DNA of 61,705 nucleotides, counting the filler, from Sphacelaria rigidula (lineage: Eukaryota), in NCBI GenBank assembly GCA_964200075.2. It is 8 parts of 8 records of this genome, joined end to end, with 100 filler letters (N's around TTAATTAATTAA, not from the genome) between each part and the next. Parts side by side here need not be neighbours in the genome. Positions count along the whole stretch, not along the records: positions 23,181 to 30,806 come from CAXNAA020014042.1; positions 30,907 to 38,531 come from CAXNAA020014043.1; 6 more parts are not named here. One strand, given 5' to 3'. Positions 23,181-35,855 of this stretch are shown here, piece after piece (position 1 is the stretch's first letter; each line of letters starts with the position of its first letter). Below the pieces are notes generated by a model that saw nothing but the letters and a program-made list of their open reading frames with translations, did no database searches and was not told the DNA's origin. A program made the translations under genes and the position numbers.

Positions 23181-24967
23181 TCTCTCTCACACAAGGCACT
23201 CGTCGACAGCAGACAGCTGTTAATGAAAGTAAGCACCGAGCTCTTTCGGAAAAGGAAACATCAATTGACACAAAAGGGGTTATATTACTCGTGGCGCACT
23301 CGTATTATAGCTCGTCACGGCTTGCCGGCAGAAGATGAGACGTTGCGTAGAGCGGATGAAACGCTGATGGTCCTTCTTGTGATTAGTTCTACGGTAGCTG
23401 TCTCTCTGGCAGGTGGGTTGCAAGTGGCTGGAGGTGGGGAGCAGCTATGGTTCGCTGTTTTCCCGACAGCTCCTGCCTCGCTTACAATTTGTGATAATAC
23501 AAAATCATCGTGTCGTGCTGTGCCTTTTGCCAAACAACGCTGTGATAGCAGCAGGTACACGCGGCTAGTCGGGTACAATCTATCTACATTCAACCAGCTG
23601 CGTCGACAATCCAATCCTGTCTTACCACAACACATATTCGACTAGAATCTTTCCATACTCGTCGGTCGTTTCTGGGGATCCGCAAATCCCCAACTACTTT
23701 TAATTCAGACACAGTCATTTACCATCACATTAGCCCACCCTGGATCGTTCAATTGCAGTCACCTTTCAGAAGGGACGAACTTGCATCGAGACACACCTCT
23801 CCCACACCACAGAAAATTGAGACTCCATTTGAAGATCGAGTCCTCTTTGGTACGGAGAACGGGAAGGGGCGATCAACACAAAAAATAAGGAATAAAATCA
23901 CAAGCACAAAGCAAGGAGAAAAAAATTCGAACCGATACAGTAACTCGGTGTCCTCATGTTCCGTGAGTTTTTCAGACGGGATCATGGGAAATAAAAAAAT
24001 AAAAAATAAAATAAGACCCAAAAACAACAATCAAACCATATACCAAAAAATGCGGTGGCTCCAGAATGTCGTACGCATTTCCGGGATAGACAGGAAATCA
24101 GAGACCAATCATTGAAACGGTTATCCTACCCTGCCATAACTATATCATGAATAAATAGTTCGCCCTTTTCCGAATGTCCGAATTATTATAGGTCATTGAT
24201 GGAAAAACAAGCAAGCCCGCCAAGGCAGTATGTCACTTCGATAATCAAGTTCATGCTAATCACTCGTCCCAGTCAATCAGTAAAAGCAAACAACGTACAG
24301 CCGAGTTCGTCGCGGAAATGGTAGTTTCCCGCGAAAACCATACGTTGATAAAATAAAATAAAAAAGAATGATGCAGACAAATCAACTCGTTTGACGTGAG
24401 TTAATTGTCGGTACCTGTTTGTGGGAACAACGACTTGCTGGGGACGTCCGGTTGATGATCCAGTCGTACAGCATTTTGTTTTTTTTCTCACACGAAGACA
24501 ACGGACCGGTTTGTGAGGTCAGGTGTCCGTACACGTCAAAAGAAACGTGGTGGACAATACACAACCTTCGGGCCTACTGCGTAGTTCCGAGGCGGATCAC
24601 CCAACACATTTCTGAACCACGACAAATACACAGGACAGAGAGGACCAACGCAGCCCACTCCTCACAGTATTTGCCCGTTCGGACTAAAACGAGACTGGCC
24701 CGAACACAAACTGGAGTAAAACCCACAGCCGGTCGTACCGTCACGTTACTTCGTCCAATAACCCCTGATAAAAACAAAACACCACCGACCAATTTCAGGG
24801 GCGGGTAATTGTACGCAAAAACCGGTAAAAGTGACTGAAAAGAATAGCGAGTGGCGGACTCTGAGCCTGTAGGCTGTACCAACGGTCGAATATCGACATG
24901 GCGGAACGGGCAGTTGCGAAAAAGCGACCTACCCCATCATGATACGTGAGGGTCCTGTATGAGGAGA

Positions 24968-25093
24968 TGTTTGCAACCGATCTTACCGCGACTTCAATAA
25001 CAATCCTTCAACACCGCTATGTACGACGTGGCCAGTGGTGGCCTCGTTGTAACTTATCAATCACCAAAGTATAAATCATCGCGTCGCATTACA
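24968..25093 (-). repeat. Candidate short 3' LTR of the Gypsy element
   Basis: Minus strand reads purine-rich GCAGGAGGGTCACA then TGTAAT...GCAAACA (TG..CA). No second LTR available to confirm. Confidence 0.45.
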
Positions 25094-26419
25094 TGTGACC
25101 CTCCTGCAAACGAGGTCGGTCACATGCGGCAGGACTCGCAAAAAAAAAGTAGGCCAAGTGTTCTAGACTCGAGGGTCAGAAACATTGGAACACTCGTGGC
25201 GAAAATCCCGACATGGACGCAGAAGCCAAAACCAAAAAAATAAATAACCAGGGGCACGCTGGGCAACAGCGAAACGAAAATCCGCAACACAAGGCAGAGA
25301 AACAACACGCGGCAACCATCCTTGTAAACGGGAGCGGTTATCGTGTGTATGAAGCAAGCAGGGTCAAAACGTTTCAGCCAACAAGGTCAAAACATTTTAG
25401 GCAACCCATGTCAAATATAAAATCAACGTGGTACGCACACAAAAAGGGGACACGTCATTACCGATCCTGCAGGGGGAAGCGGTATGCGTGTACGGAGCGG
25501 TTGGGCAAGAGCGCAATTATTCCAGATGGGGAGGTCAGGTATACGCAGCGCTCGCTCCCAAAACTCTTAACCGAAAGGGCAAAAGAAAATAAAGAAAAAT
25601 ACCGACAACATATGGCACAAAAAACGCACGTCATAACCGATCCCGAAGAGGGAGGCGGCATTCGCGTGCGGAGCGATTGAACAAGAGCGCAAGTATTCCA
25701 GACGTGGGCGTCAGGTATGGCTAGCGCTTGCTCCGTTAACTCTTCCATGAAGAAAAGACAAATAAAAAATGAAGACCAGGTAATAACAAGGCAAAACAAG
25801 GTATACGTACAACGAAAAAAAATGAAGGCATAAATAACTCGTGGCAACTGTTCCGGTGGGCGGAATGGTTGTGAATGTACGGCGCGGAGGACGGAGGTTC
25901 AAGGTTCCAGACTCGGGGTCAGGAATGAAACGTTCGTCACTTGTACTTCGCCAGATGAACCCAGTAGTACCCAAGAAAAGTAACCATTGAACACACAAAA
26001 AAAATCGAACACAAAAGACGAGACGAAAAAACAAAAGACAAAAGAAAATAAAACAAGGACAGCAAAGGCAAAGAAAATCGAAGCAAAAAAAAACAGGGAT
26101 CAAGGCAACAAAAAACAAGATGCAACACAAGAACAATATATAAAATACAAAAACGAAAGACCAAATACCAAACACGACACACCGACACACATCGACCGCT
26201 ACAAGTACGGGGCTAATCAGTGCGAAAAAAAATGAAGTGAGAGAGGGGGGGAACACATGGTTTTCCAACGACGCTACAATGCAAGACAAGCGACTCGAAC
26301 GCGGTACACTACGCGAGGTGAATGGGGAAGAAGACTCGGATGCGGCATCATGAGTCATCTGCATCCCAAGCGGTGTCCGTGTTCCGTAGAACGGCTGTTT
26401 CGAGTTCGCCTTGGTCGTG

Positions 26420-29400
26420 TCATTGGAGGCACCAGGATCCCCTCCGAGTGGTCGGCTCCTCGGTGTAGTACGCATCATCCAAGCGAATCTCAAGGGGGCT
26501 CGGGTCATCAAGGAAACGAATAAAGTAGGAGTGGTCAGATGCAGGGTCGACCAAATTAATTTTTCTCAACCACCACAGTGAATCCAAAGCCTTATACCAA
26601 AAATACGCCCCTTTCGGCAATCGTTTCTCGTGGAAACACTGCATGTATTGTGAACGCGAAAGAAGGCTATGTCCTGTCACAACAAACCGCGCTGATTGTT
26701 CACGTGCCAGTTCTCGAGCGGCAGCTCCCTTGCGCATCGACCGATATCTCTTATTCAGCGGGCGGTGTTGGACGGTATCTCCTACCCAGTAGAGCAATAT
26801 TTCGCGACGAAAATGACGCAAACCAACCTCACGCTCCCATGTAACACGCATGATACTCTTTTAATGTGTTTGATACATTACCGCTATCTCACCTCCACGA
26901 CCACGAACCAGTTGATGACCCAAAATACTTTCTACCTCAACGCGTTCCAGGGGTGCGTGCGCATCCTCGACCGTCATATGATACGGCGGAGTTTTGATCG
27001 CATACTTGGTCAACACATACTGGCTAAGCCCTACCGGCAGTTGCTTGGGCATGTCAGAAGAGTCATGAGGGGGGATGCACGGTTTGCATCGTAGCATCGA
27101 GACGCGATTTTTCGTGTTCAAACCAGGTTCATCCGTAGGAAACTCTAAATACAAAAGTTTCGCTCCCACCGGACTCTTGTCGGGTGCGGTAGCGCTCGGA
27201 CCAACAGCTACAATTCCCCAAGGACCAGTCGAATTTAAGGGTAGCTTCGCCTTCAATACTTTATCCAAAGATGATGACTTCGAGCTAACCCCTTGATTGA
27301 TGATCTTCACGTCGTTATACACCCATGCCCATTGGCCTACGTTCCACACCGGGCGGTTATGCACCACATCATCCAACATCGAGTTCGCCCTGGCCACCTT
27401 GGCCAAATTGATTTGGTTCTGTTCTCGTACCGCGTCATATGCAAGACGGAGACGATTGCTAACCGACAAATGATACACTACAACGTCACGATCCAGACTC
27501 TGATGTCCACCTGTACTTTTGCGTTTGAATACCGTTAAAGGTAACCGAGGCATGCGTCCAATATGAATTTCATTCGGCGACAAGCCTGTAGCGGCATTGA
27601 CAGAATTGTTGTAGTTCATCTGGACAAGGGGCAGGTGCAGATCCCAGTCCATCTGTCTCTCATTCGCTACAGCAGCAAGCATCTGCACCATCGTATGATT
27701 CACCCGTTCCGTTCCACCATTGGTGGAAGGGTGATATGAACTAGTAAAAATGCAATGAGCACCCAAAAGGTCACTGACGGGGGCAGAAAGTTTGCCTGAA
27801 AAATGCGGGCCGTTGTCAGATAATAAGCGTTTGGGCACACCCCACAGCGGGATGTACATGTAGACAAGAATGTTGGCGGTACCTTCCGCGGTATAACTAC
27901 TGGGGGTGACGGCGTGCATCACCGCATGTCGACTACATCTATCCGTAAAAAACAAAATATACCTATTCCCACTATCCGTCAGGGGCAAAGGACCAAAATA
28001 GTCCCACGACACTACCTCACCAGGTCCGTTTGGGAGTGGCATGGAAACGATTGGCCAACGAGTTGTTTGACGAGAAGTGTTTCGCGCCTGACACAAAAGA
28101 CAACGCCTCATCCACCACCGACAACACTGATCCATAAAAATCCACCGATGAAAACGTTCCAACATCTGGGAGGTCCTGATGGCGCCCAAATGAGTCGATG
28201 CCTGTGAATGGCATTCGTGTAGAACTCATGGGCGCAGTAGCATCGGGACATAGATGCGGACGGGCTCATCACCTGGCAAGCGGGCATGTCGACTCGTAGG
28301 CTTCCCCCTGGGGAGGGCTGCTGTGGGCCGGCGAACCAACAGAACTATACCATCATCATCCGTATGTAGCATATCTTTCCTTGAAAGTTCAGTAACATCA
28401 TCCTGTGTGGGCGCTTTGAGATTCCCGACTGGCAAAACGAATTCAGTTTCTGAGAATGGACATGGACAACCTTTCGATAGATAATGGATATCTGATTTAC
28501 AAGCAGGTTCTGCCTGTTGTTCCCGGGCCCAATCGGCGTGGGAGAAGAGAGTCAAACGTTCCTTGAATACACCATCTGTTGGAGCGTCGACTTAGTGTTG
28601 GGTCGGTTCGGGGCGGGGTTGGCACGAAGCGGTGATTTCGGAATCAAGGATGAGCCTACCAGTTGGTGCACTCTCAGACGGAACGTTAACGTCTACTCCT
28701 GCGTCGATTAGCGTGGAGGGTGTTGTAGTGGTGTTTGCAATATCATCACCACTGGAGGGGGGCACAGCCGTGGTTTCGGCTATGGTTGGCAGGGGCGGCA
28801 TGGTCGGGGTCGATATCCTGGGGGCCTTGCGTCGCGGAGGCTGCGGGGGCGCAAGAAAACTATCGGGGACCGGGGTGGAGGCAGGGGGGGGAAGGTCAGG
28901 ACCGGATACGGCTAATTTGGTGGCCGTTTCGGCGGTCCGCCGTCCATGAGTCCCACTCGAAATCAAATCTCGAACTTGAACCGGTAAGACGGAGTCAGCA
29001 AAGGACGGTTCTACACCTGCTGCGAAAACCATGCGCTCGCCAGTTGCACGAAAACGATCATAGCCAACAGTATTCGTAGACAGTCCATTCCAAACTGAGT
29101 ACAACGATTGAGGTTGCAAGCTGTCTAGAACTGATGCGTGGGCTGTGGTCGTCAGCCCACCCATACCTAAAGCCGGCGTTCCTCTCAGTGAAAGTGGTGT
29201 GTAGAGACCTCTATGTCCATTCCTGCTTATGTAATATACAATGTCTTCGGTGCGATCGGTGATACGTCCCATGGCGGATTCATCGATAGGTTGAGCTGGT
29301 GTGGGCAAGCGTGACAGGAAGTCGGCGTTTGCATTCTGGAGACCTGTGCGGTACTTCAGTTGAAAGTTGTAAGACGACAGGATTCCGAACCAGCGTTGGA

Positions 29401-30735
29401 CCCTAGCGTTGTGTTCCGCCATTTTGGCAAGGCTTTCCAAAGACTTGTGGTCGGTATAATTCAAAACCGGGATGTCATACAAATGCTGATGCAGACGTCG
29501 CACGCCCCAAACAACTACGCCGGCCTCTTGTTCCATGAAGACTAATTCTGTTCATTCGGAAAAGTGGTGCGACTCAGATAGACAATGGGACGAACAGTAG
29601 CATCGACTTGCTCCTGTTCCAATGTGCAGCCAAACCCAATTTTAGAAGAATCTGTGTGGAGCTGGAATAGGCGGGAACTCTGCTCCGCGGCCGACCAGTC
29701 GGGGAAGACGAGAATCGGCGGGCGCGAAAGGGTTTCGAGGAGGCGGCGGACGGTGTTTTCCATTTCCAATGTGAACACAAATTTCACCCCTTTTTTGAGG
29801 AGGGTGGTGAGGGGTTTTAGCTTTTGGGCAAGGTTTCGCAAGTACTGTCTGTAGTAGCTTAGACCTCCCAACAAGGAACGCAGTTGAGAAATGTCCCGTG
29901 GCATGGGCATATCGGAGAGTGCGGCGACCTTGTCGAGGTTTGAGCTACGACCTTCGGGGGTGATGCAATGACCCAAGAAGTCAATCTTTGTGGCGCCAAT
30001 GCGGCATTTGGAGGGTGCGAGTTTCAAGTTGTGTTGTTCAAACCGATTGAACAATGATGCCAGCTGTCCGATGTGTTCGGCCGGTGTGGAGTCGTGGCAC
30101 ATCGAATCATCAAGGTACATCCGGCATTTGGGCAGTTACACGGAACATTACACGTTGAAACGCACCTGGAGCTCCGGCGGCACCTTGTGGTGAAACCAAC
30201 CACTCGTACAAACGTGATGGTGTGCAAAACGCCGTCAGTTCAATAGAATTTGAATCCATCACAAGCTGGTGGTAGCCGGACTGCATGTCAAAGTTCGAAA
30301 ATACTTTACCCCCGCCAAGAGAGTCAATAATTTTATCAATCCGTGGAAGTGGCAGCCGGGCGATTTTGGTGACAGCGTTCAGTCGTTAATAATTGACCGT
30401 CAGTCTGGTTTTGCCATTCTTCAAACGGACGACTACTAAAGGCGAGGCCCACGGAGACGTCGAGTGCCGAATCAAACCGGCAGATAAGTAACCATCGAGA
30501 ATTACCTGGATCTTATCCGCTGAAAGGGAGTTCGTACGGTACGGACGCATAGCGATAGGAGAAGTGCTTTCAGGATTCTTGATCTTAAACGGTGTCGTGG
30601 TACATCGACCTAAATCCAAGGTGCAGTAGAAAACCGTTCAGAGTATCTAATCAAGATGGATCTCAATCGATCGATTACAATGGGTGTCCAACCATCGCCA
30701 GATAGATCAAAAACAATATGCCGTAAGTGAGGGGG
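26420..30735 (-). mobile_element. Decayed Ty3/Gypsy pol: RT - RNase H - integrase - chromodomain - extra C-terminal module
   Basis: RT: SPWASPLVVV, RLTVNY, YLDD. RNase H: LHTDSS..GFG, YTDHKSL. Integrase: H-H-C-C finger (CHS..THLG..CLLCQ), D-D-E (WDYFGP, SDNG, GTER), GPW. Chromodomain-like EVESILGHQ...MYQTH*K...TWERE. Several stops and frameshifts. Confidence 0.93.
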
Positions 30736-30738
30736 AAT

Positions 30739-30803
30739 AACAACAAATTGTGCGAATTGAGGTTTAACTTTGAGATGAGGTTCAAGCCTAAAACAGTGCT
30801 TTC
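30739..30803. repeat. Terminus of an unidentified repeat abutting the Gypsy pol; near-identical to 53917-53981
   Basis: AACAACAAATTGTGCGAATTGAGGTTTAACTT(T/C)GAGATGAGG(T/C)TCAAGCCTA(A/G)AACAGTGCTTTC in both places. Confidence 0.85.
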
Positions 30804-30806
30804 CCC

Positions 30807-30906
30807 NNNNNNNNNNNNNNNNNNNNNNNNNNNNNNNNNNNNNNNNNNNNTTAATTAATTAANNNNNNNNNNNNNNNNNNNNNNNNNNNNNNNNNNNNNN
30901 NNNNNN
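30807..30906. other. Artificial contig-join linker
   Basis: N44-TTAATTAATTAA-N44. Confidence 0.97.
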
Positions 30907-30974
30907 ATACCAAGCTCCCTGTGTTTGTGTGAGAATACATGAAACATGGACCTCCCCCCAATCGCTGCTGGCCC

Positions 30975-31465
30975 AGCCCGCACTGTGTGCAAACTGGCAC
31001 CTCCTATCTATACTGCCATATTCCGTATGCAACAGTACAGACGAAAGTACTGTACTGTCTGGTGCACTCCTCCACATCAATTTTAGTGCAGCCGTTGTAT
31101 ATTACCGTCTCCAACCTGACATGTGCGCATGTGTACTGCCGTGTGCGGCAGGCAGAGCAGGCGGTATTGTACTGTTTAGTTATGTCTGCACTGCACGTTG
31201 CCCACATCAGATTTAGTGCAGCCGTTGTACTACTCTGTACTGTACTGGCAAACCAACATTTCCATCCTACTGTACTGCTCATCGTCCAAATCATTTTCGG
31301 CAGTCGTTGGGTGCAGCATAGCATGTAGATCCTACTGTTGCAATGCGGCAGTGCAGACAGTACAGTACTGCCTGGTGTTGTCTGTATTGCACGTTGTCCA
31401 CATATCTCACGTTGTGCGCATCATTTTTACTACAGCCGTGCATACTACTGCTGTGTGCAAACTGA
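30975..31465. repeat. Degenerate GTAC/CAGT-rich internally repeated sequence
   Basis: TTTAGTGCAGCCGTTGTA, GTACTGTACTG and TGCACGTTG.CCACAT motifs recur 2-3 times. Confidence 0.55.
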
Positions 31466-33379
31466 CACCTACCACTCACTGCATGAGACAGCACAGAGTA
31501 ATACCCTGTAATCTCTGCGCTGGGTACTGTCTGTGCTGCAGGTTTTCGAGAGCACGATTGATGCCAATATATCATCAGCCCCTGACGACATCTCGCGTGC
31601 GCCGGGATGGCGAAGCAAAGTTCGGTCTAGTGTATAAACGACGCTGTGGATGTTCGATATCGCTGTCAAGAGAGCCCCGTAGATGTCGAAGGGCACAAAC
31701 ATGTTCAGGGCTGGCGAGCGTTGCTAGTCTCGCCGTGTCTCGAACGAAAAATACAAGACGAGAATACAAGTCGATCTCGTCTCGTATTTTCTCACAAAAT
31801 ACAAGCCAGAATGGCCCATCTCGTAAAATGTCCCCCGTCTCGTATTTTTTTCCCGAGAATCTTGTAAAATAACCAACCGCAAGTAGCCATCTTGCTATTT
31901 TCCCTCGTTATTTGCAAATAACGAGGCGAAATAACCACCCGGAAGAAACGGCCTTATACGCTGAAATATAGCTCAGATGTTCTATGAGGCATTACGCAAC
32001 TTTCGAAAGTCGAGGGTTTTCGACTTTTTGTCTTTTTTCACCGTTTTTCTGGGGTCCCAGTTCTTTCCAGGAAACATCGATCCAATCGAACCCCCGTCAA
32101 ATGGTGAAAAAAAAAAACTAAATAGACGCATAGCACAGTTGTGCGAAATTTTGGGGTCTAGCTTCTCAAAACGGCGTAGGGTTTTTCGCTTTTGTGCGGT
32201 GAACTTTGACGTGCCGCGGTGAAACCGCAAACTACTTGATTTTGGTACGAAAACGGCGTTTTTGGGCCTTCTTTGACGTGAACATGAACACTCAAGCGAC
32301 ACTTGATGGAGGTTTGCTACGATTGTTTTGGGATCCTTCCCTGGGTTATGCGGCGACAGCTCGTTCACGAAAAAATGGAAAAAAAAATACTAGTACCGGT
32401 TTTCTGGGGTCCCAGAATGGAGACTACTTCGAAAATCGACTTGGATCCCGTCGGACCCCCGCAAAACGCTGAAACCCTGGAGAAGTAAAAACACATCGTC
32501 CATAGAAGGGTGCGCAATGATACAGAGCAGAATTGTGCAAAGTCTCAGGGTCGAACTCCTAGTGGCGGCGTCAAGGTTTGCGCGTTTGTGGAGAACGTGG
32601 GCTTGAAACGTGCCACTCCTAATTACTTGGTTTTAGTATGTAGACGTCTTTTGGGGTGAATTTAACGTCAAGGCAAGAAAAACTGTGTGAGGTTTTCGAG
32701 TTTCTCCACCAAACTTTGTACATGTGTTTCTTGGACTATCCCCGGACGCATCATTGTATTATTGTTTTTTTGAGGGCATTCTGTACCGCCTTCCGGGGTC
32801 TTCATACTGGGACCCCCGGTAGCCGGTAAAGAACGGAGAAACCATCAAATATTGTCAAGAATACAAGTTTTCTATTCGAAGTACCGATACCTACGGAACT
32901 GCCAAGTTTGAGGGCGATCTAAGCTTTTCTACAACAAATATAAGGGACACCGTCACGAGGCTCCTTGCGTCTTTCGTGCGTATATGATTAGTGGAAAGTA
33001 GACGACACAACACCCGACATCACCGAAACATCACGGTTTCGGGTATAATTCGACCCCCGTAGTAACCGTTTCAAAATATGTTTTTTCATTTGATTCCCGA
33101 GCCGACGACGGTTACTACGACTTGAAGCATTCGGAGATTGGGTGAAAATTGGGGTTGGAATTCGTAATTTCGATCCTGGAACAATTTGATGGGCGCTGAT
33201 TGGTCGATATACTTTTTCGCCCTTAGCGCTACCACTATGGTCATTCACACAAATCCAGCTATGTTACGCTCTTCAGCTGTCCATGGCGGTCAGTACGATA
33301 TCATGTATGCGACTTTTGAGTAGGTATTGCGAAAGGCATTTGCTGATGACACAATTTTGGATGATAAGCGTTAACCAGC

Positions 33380-34245
33380 CTGTAACTGTTCGGAATCTTG
33401 TGTAACTAGTTGTTTCCAAATAACGAACTGTTCAGCATCGTGCGCAACTAGTTGTTTCCAAACAATAATCTGATTAGAATCGTGTGCACCTAGTTGTGTC
33501 CAAGCAACTGCTAGGTAGTAAGTCAACAAACAACTACCTTTAGTTGGCGATAGTTGGAAACAACGAAAACGCTGCAGAGTAGTGGCGTGAACGCGTATCT
33601 GTGCATGACGGGGAGCAGGCCAGAAAGATCAGGCCAACCTACTCCTGGATGGAGAAAAAAACAGACGTATGCGATGTGGTGCAAAGCAAAGGCATTCGAC
33701 ATTCGGGACGCGAGCATGACGCGTTTAAGGTTTGGCTTTACTGCTGTTTCATGTACGCATCACGTCTAGCTGGCTTGATCAACCACGGTTCTCCTCTGAC
33801 ATGGAAACACGAACACGTTTGCCGGCCACCGTCTACTGCTGGTGCTGGTGTAGGAGCGGCTGGTGGCACAGCTGCCACTTGGTGCGCTTGGTCTTTCGTG
33901 TGTGTTTATGTGTGAGTGCGTGCGTGGGGTGCTCACATGCTCATGCGTCAGTTCGATCTCAGCTAACGACCAAATTGTAACTGTTCCACGTTGTTGACAA
34001 CTACGCGGGCCATCAAACAACTGTGCCAGAATCGTGTGCAACTATCCGGGCCACCATACAGTCACTTGTTCAGCTTCATGTGCAACTAGTTGTTTCCAAA
34101 CAACTGACCGTTCGGAATCGTGCGGAAGTAGTTGCTTCCAAAAAGTTACCTGCGCCAAAACCGTGCACAACTAATTGTTTCCAATTATTTCTCTCAGACC
34201 GTGCGCAACTAGTTGTTCGGAAACAACCACCCGGTAGTTAGTCGA
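33380..34245. repeat. Two blocks (33380-33530, 34020-34245) of ~42-bp degenerate tandem units
   Basis: AACTAGTTGTTTCCAAACAAC....GTTCGGAATCGTGCGC-like unit at 33405, 33446, 33488, 34085, 34127, 34169, 34207. Confidence 0.75.
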
Positions 34246-35049
34246 CGAATAACTCACTTGGTTACTTCTTAATCATAGTTTTACAGGGTGTGACTCATTT
34301 GCGCGCGACGGGCAGGGTGAAAACAGAAAAGCTCAGCCTTTTCGATCGAAAGCACGCGGAGGAAAGGTACGAAGGGGCACTTGCCTCCTATATATCTTGT
34401 GGATCACCACGCCGGATACCACCCGTTTACATGCAAACACCACACAGCTCATCCTCGGCTGTAACCGCAACCCAGTAGAATAGAGCACAAGTTGAGCACA
34501 GGGATACACCGCAGTAGTCGGTGATTATCCTCTTTTTTGTTGGCGAAACTTGAGCATCTTTGCGCATGGTAGGGATGGGCGCCGGAATTGCGTGCTGAGG
34601 TGGACGACCGACTTGCGAACACGCTCATGACTTGAGTTGTGTAGTGGCCGCCAGTTTAACTGACTAGTTACAATTAACTGGTACAACCGGTTGACTGATC
34701 GGTTTTGTAACCAGTTGAACTAGTCATTTCACCCGAGATATGTGTCATATTTCAAAGTGTTCTGTGTACACATGCAATACTTGAGTCAATACTTCTGAAG
34801 TATTGTACAACATCAACGGGCCTTCGAGGCTGGAATAGGTTACGCACCGCCCCGGATTCCCGATAACCTCTCTCTTGGCGACAGGGGACGGGGACGGGGA
34901 CGGGGGGTGGGCTGTACCCATGATCATGCATGCCATAGCCATAAGACCATTGACCTCGCATCCCTACAAAGCCGGGACAGAGCGCGTCGAGTTATCGCTG
35001 GACCAGGCTCGCACTCAAGCACCAAGCGCGAAGCGATGCGGTGTGTTCG

Positions 35050-35490
35050 GGGAGTCGCACGGGGGGTGAGCTGCATCCTGCTAAGATTGGTCGGCCCGAA
35101 GCCTACTGATTATCTCACATGTGGATGACATCCTACAATGAGTTGCTTTACTTTCTGGTATCGCCACTTCCAGAGACAGCTACAGCTTATACACTGCCTC
35201 ATGGGTGTCCCATCATTGAAACACTACGGAGTACGATCATGCCCATTGTGCGGAGTTGAGGTTCTCCCACGCCCCACAGTATGATGTAGCTCGACTACCA
35301 TCATGGTTTCCGCAGAAGAAACGCAAGCGCGCAAAAATATAATCGGTAACCTGATTGCCTAGCTTACGCAGTGAGTGGCGTGCTTTACAGCGTCATCGCC
35401 AACCGACGTCAACCTCATCGGGGGTCCGCCCCTCAAAAGCCGGGAAGGAGCAAGCACGCCAGATTCTCGCCGGACCGACGGGGGGGGGGG
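35050..35490. repeat. Dispersed ~440-bp repeat; second copy at 54082-54520
   Basis: GGGTGAGCTGCATCCTGC..., CCTACAATGAGTTGCTTTA.TTTCTGG, TGTGCGGAGTTGAGGTTCTCCCACGCC and CATCGCCAACCGACG shared. Confidence 0.8.
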
Positions 35491-35756
35491 GGAGGTAACG
35501 TATTCCAGTCTGTCAGGCTCCTTGACTACAATGGCCGTGGGGACGCTGTTATAGAGGCGGGTATATGACCGCACAGCGCACACACCTAGACGTAGACAAG
35601 AATATCGTGGCAATATATTCTAATGTTGGGAAAAAAAAGAGATTGAGCACGGACAGTTATTGATTGAGCGGATCTGAAATGTGAAGCAAGATTGCATCTC
35701 AAGCGTTGTTGTGTGTGCCTTGCTTTATTCTGTCGGCATCGAGCGTTAAGCATTAA

Positions 35757-35855
35757 CCCTATGACCGCGAGGGTAGGTCACCTGCTGAATCGGCATCAAT
35801 TTTCACTTGAAAAAAGTATTCGATACAGATGGACTACCCGCACCGCATCTAAGGG
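35757..35855. mobile_element. piggyBac-like MITE subfamily 1 copy
   Basis: TTAA-CCCTATGACCGCGAG...CGCATCTAAGGG-TTAA; internal GAATCGGCATCAATTTTCACTTGAA. Confidence 0.85.

Noticed and set aside
25711..26511. 266-aa hydrophobic ORF as an env-like membrane protein
   Set aside because: F/L/C/V richness comes from the T-rich 3' UTR; no signal peptide or ectodomain features
33380..34245. CRISPR-like array from the 42-bp (and 30-bp at 58960) periodic repeats
   Set aside because: Units are degenerate over their whole length, with no unique spacers and no cas genes; eukaryotic context
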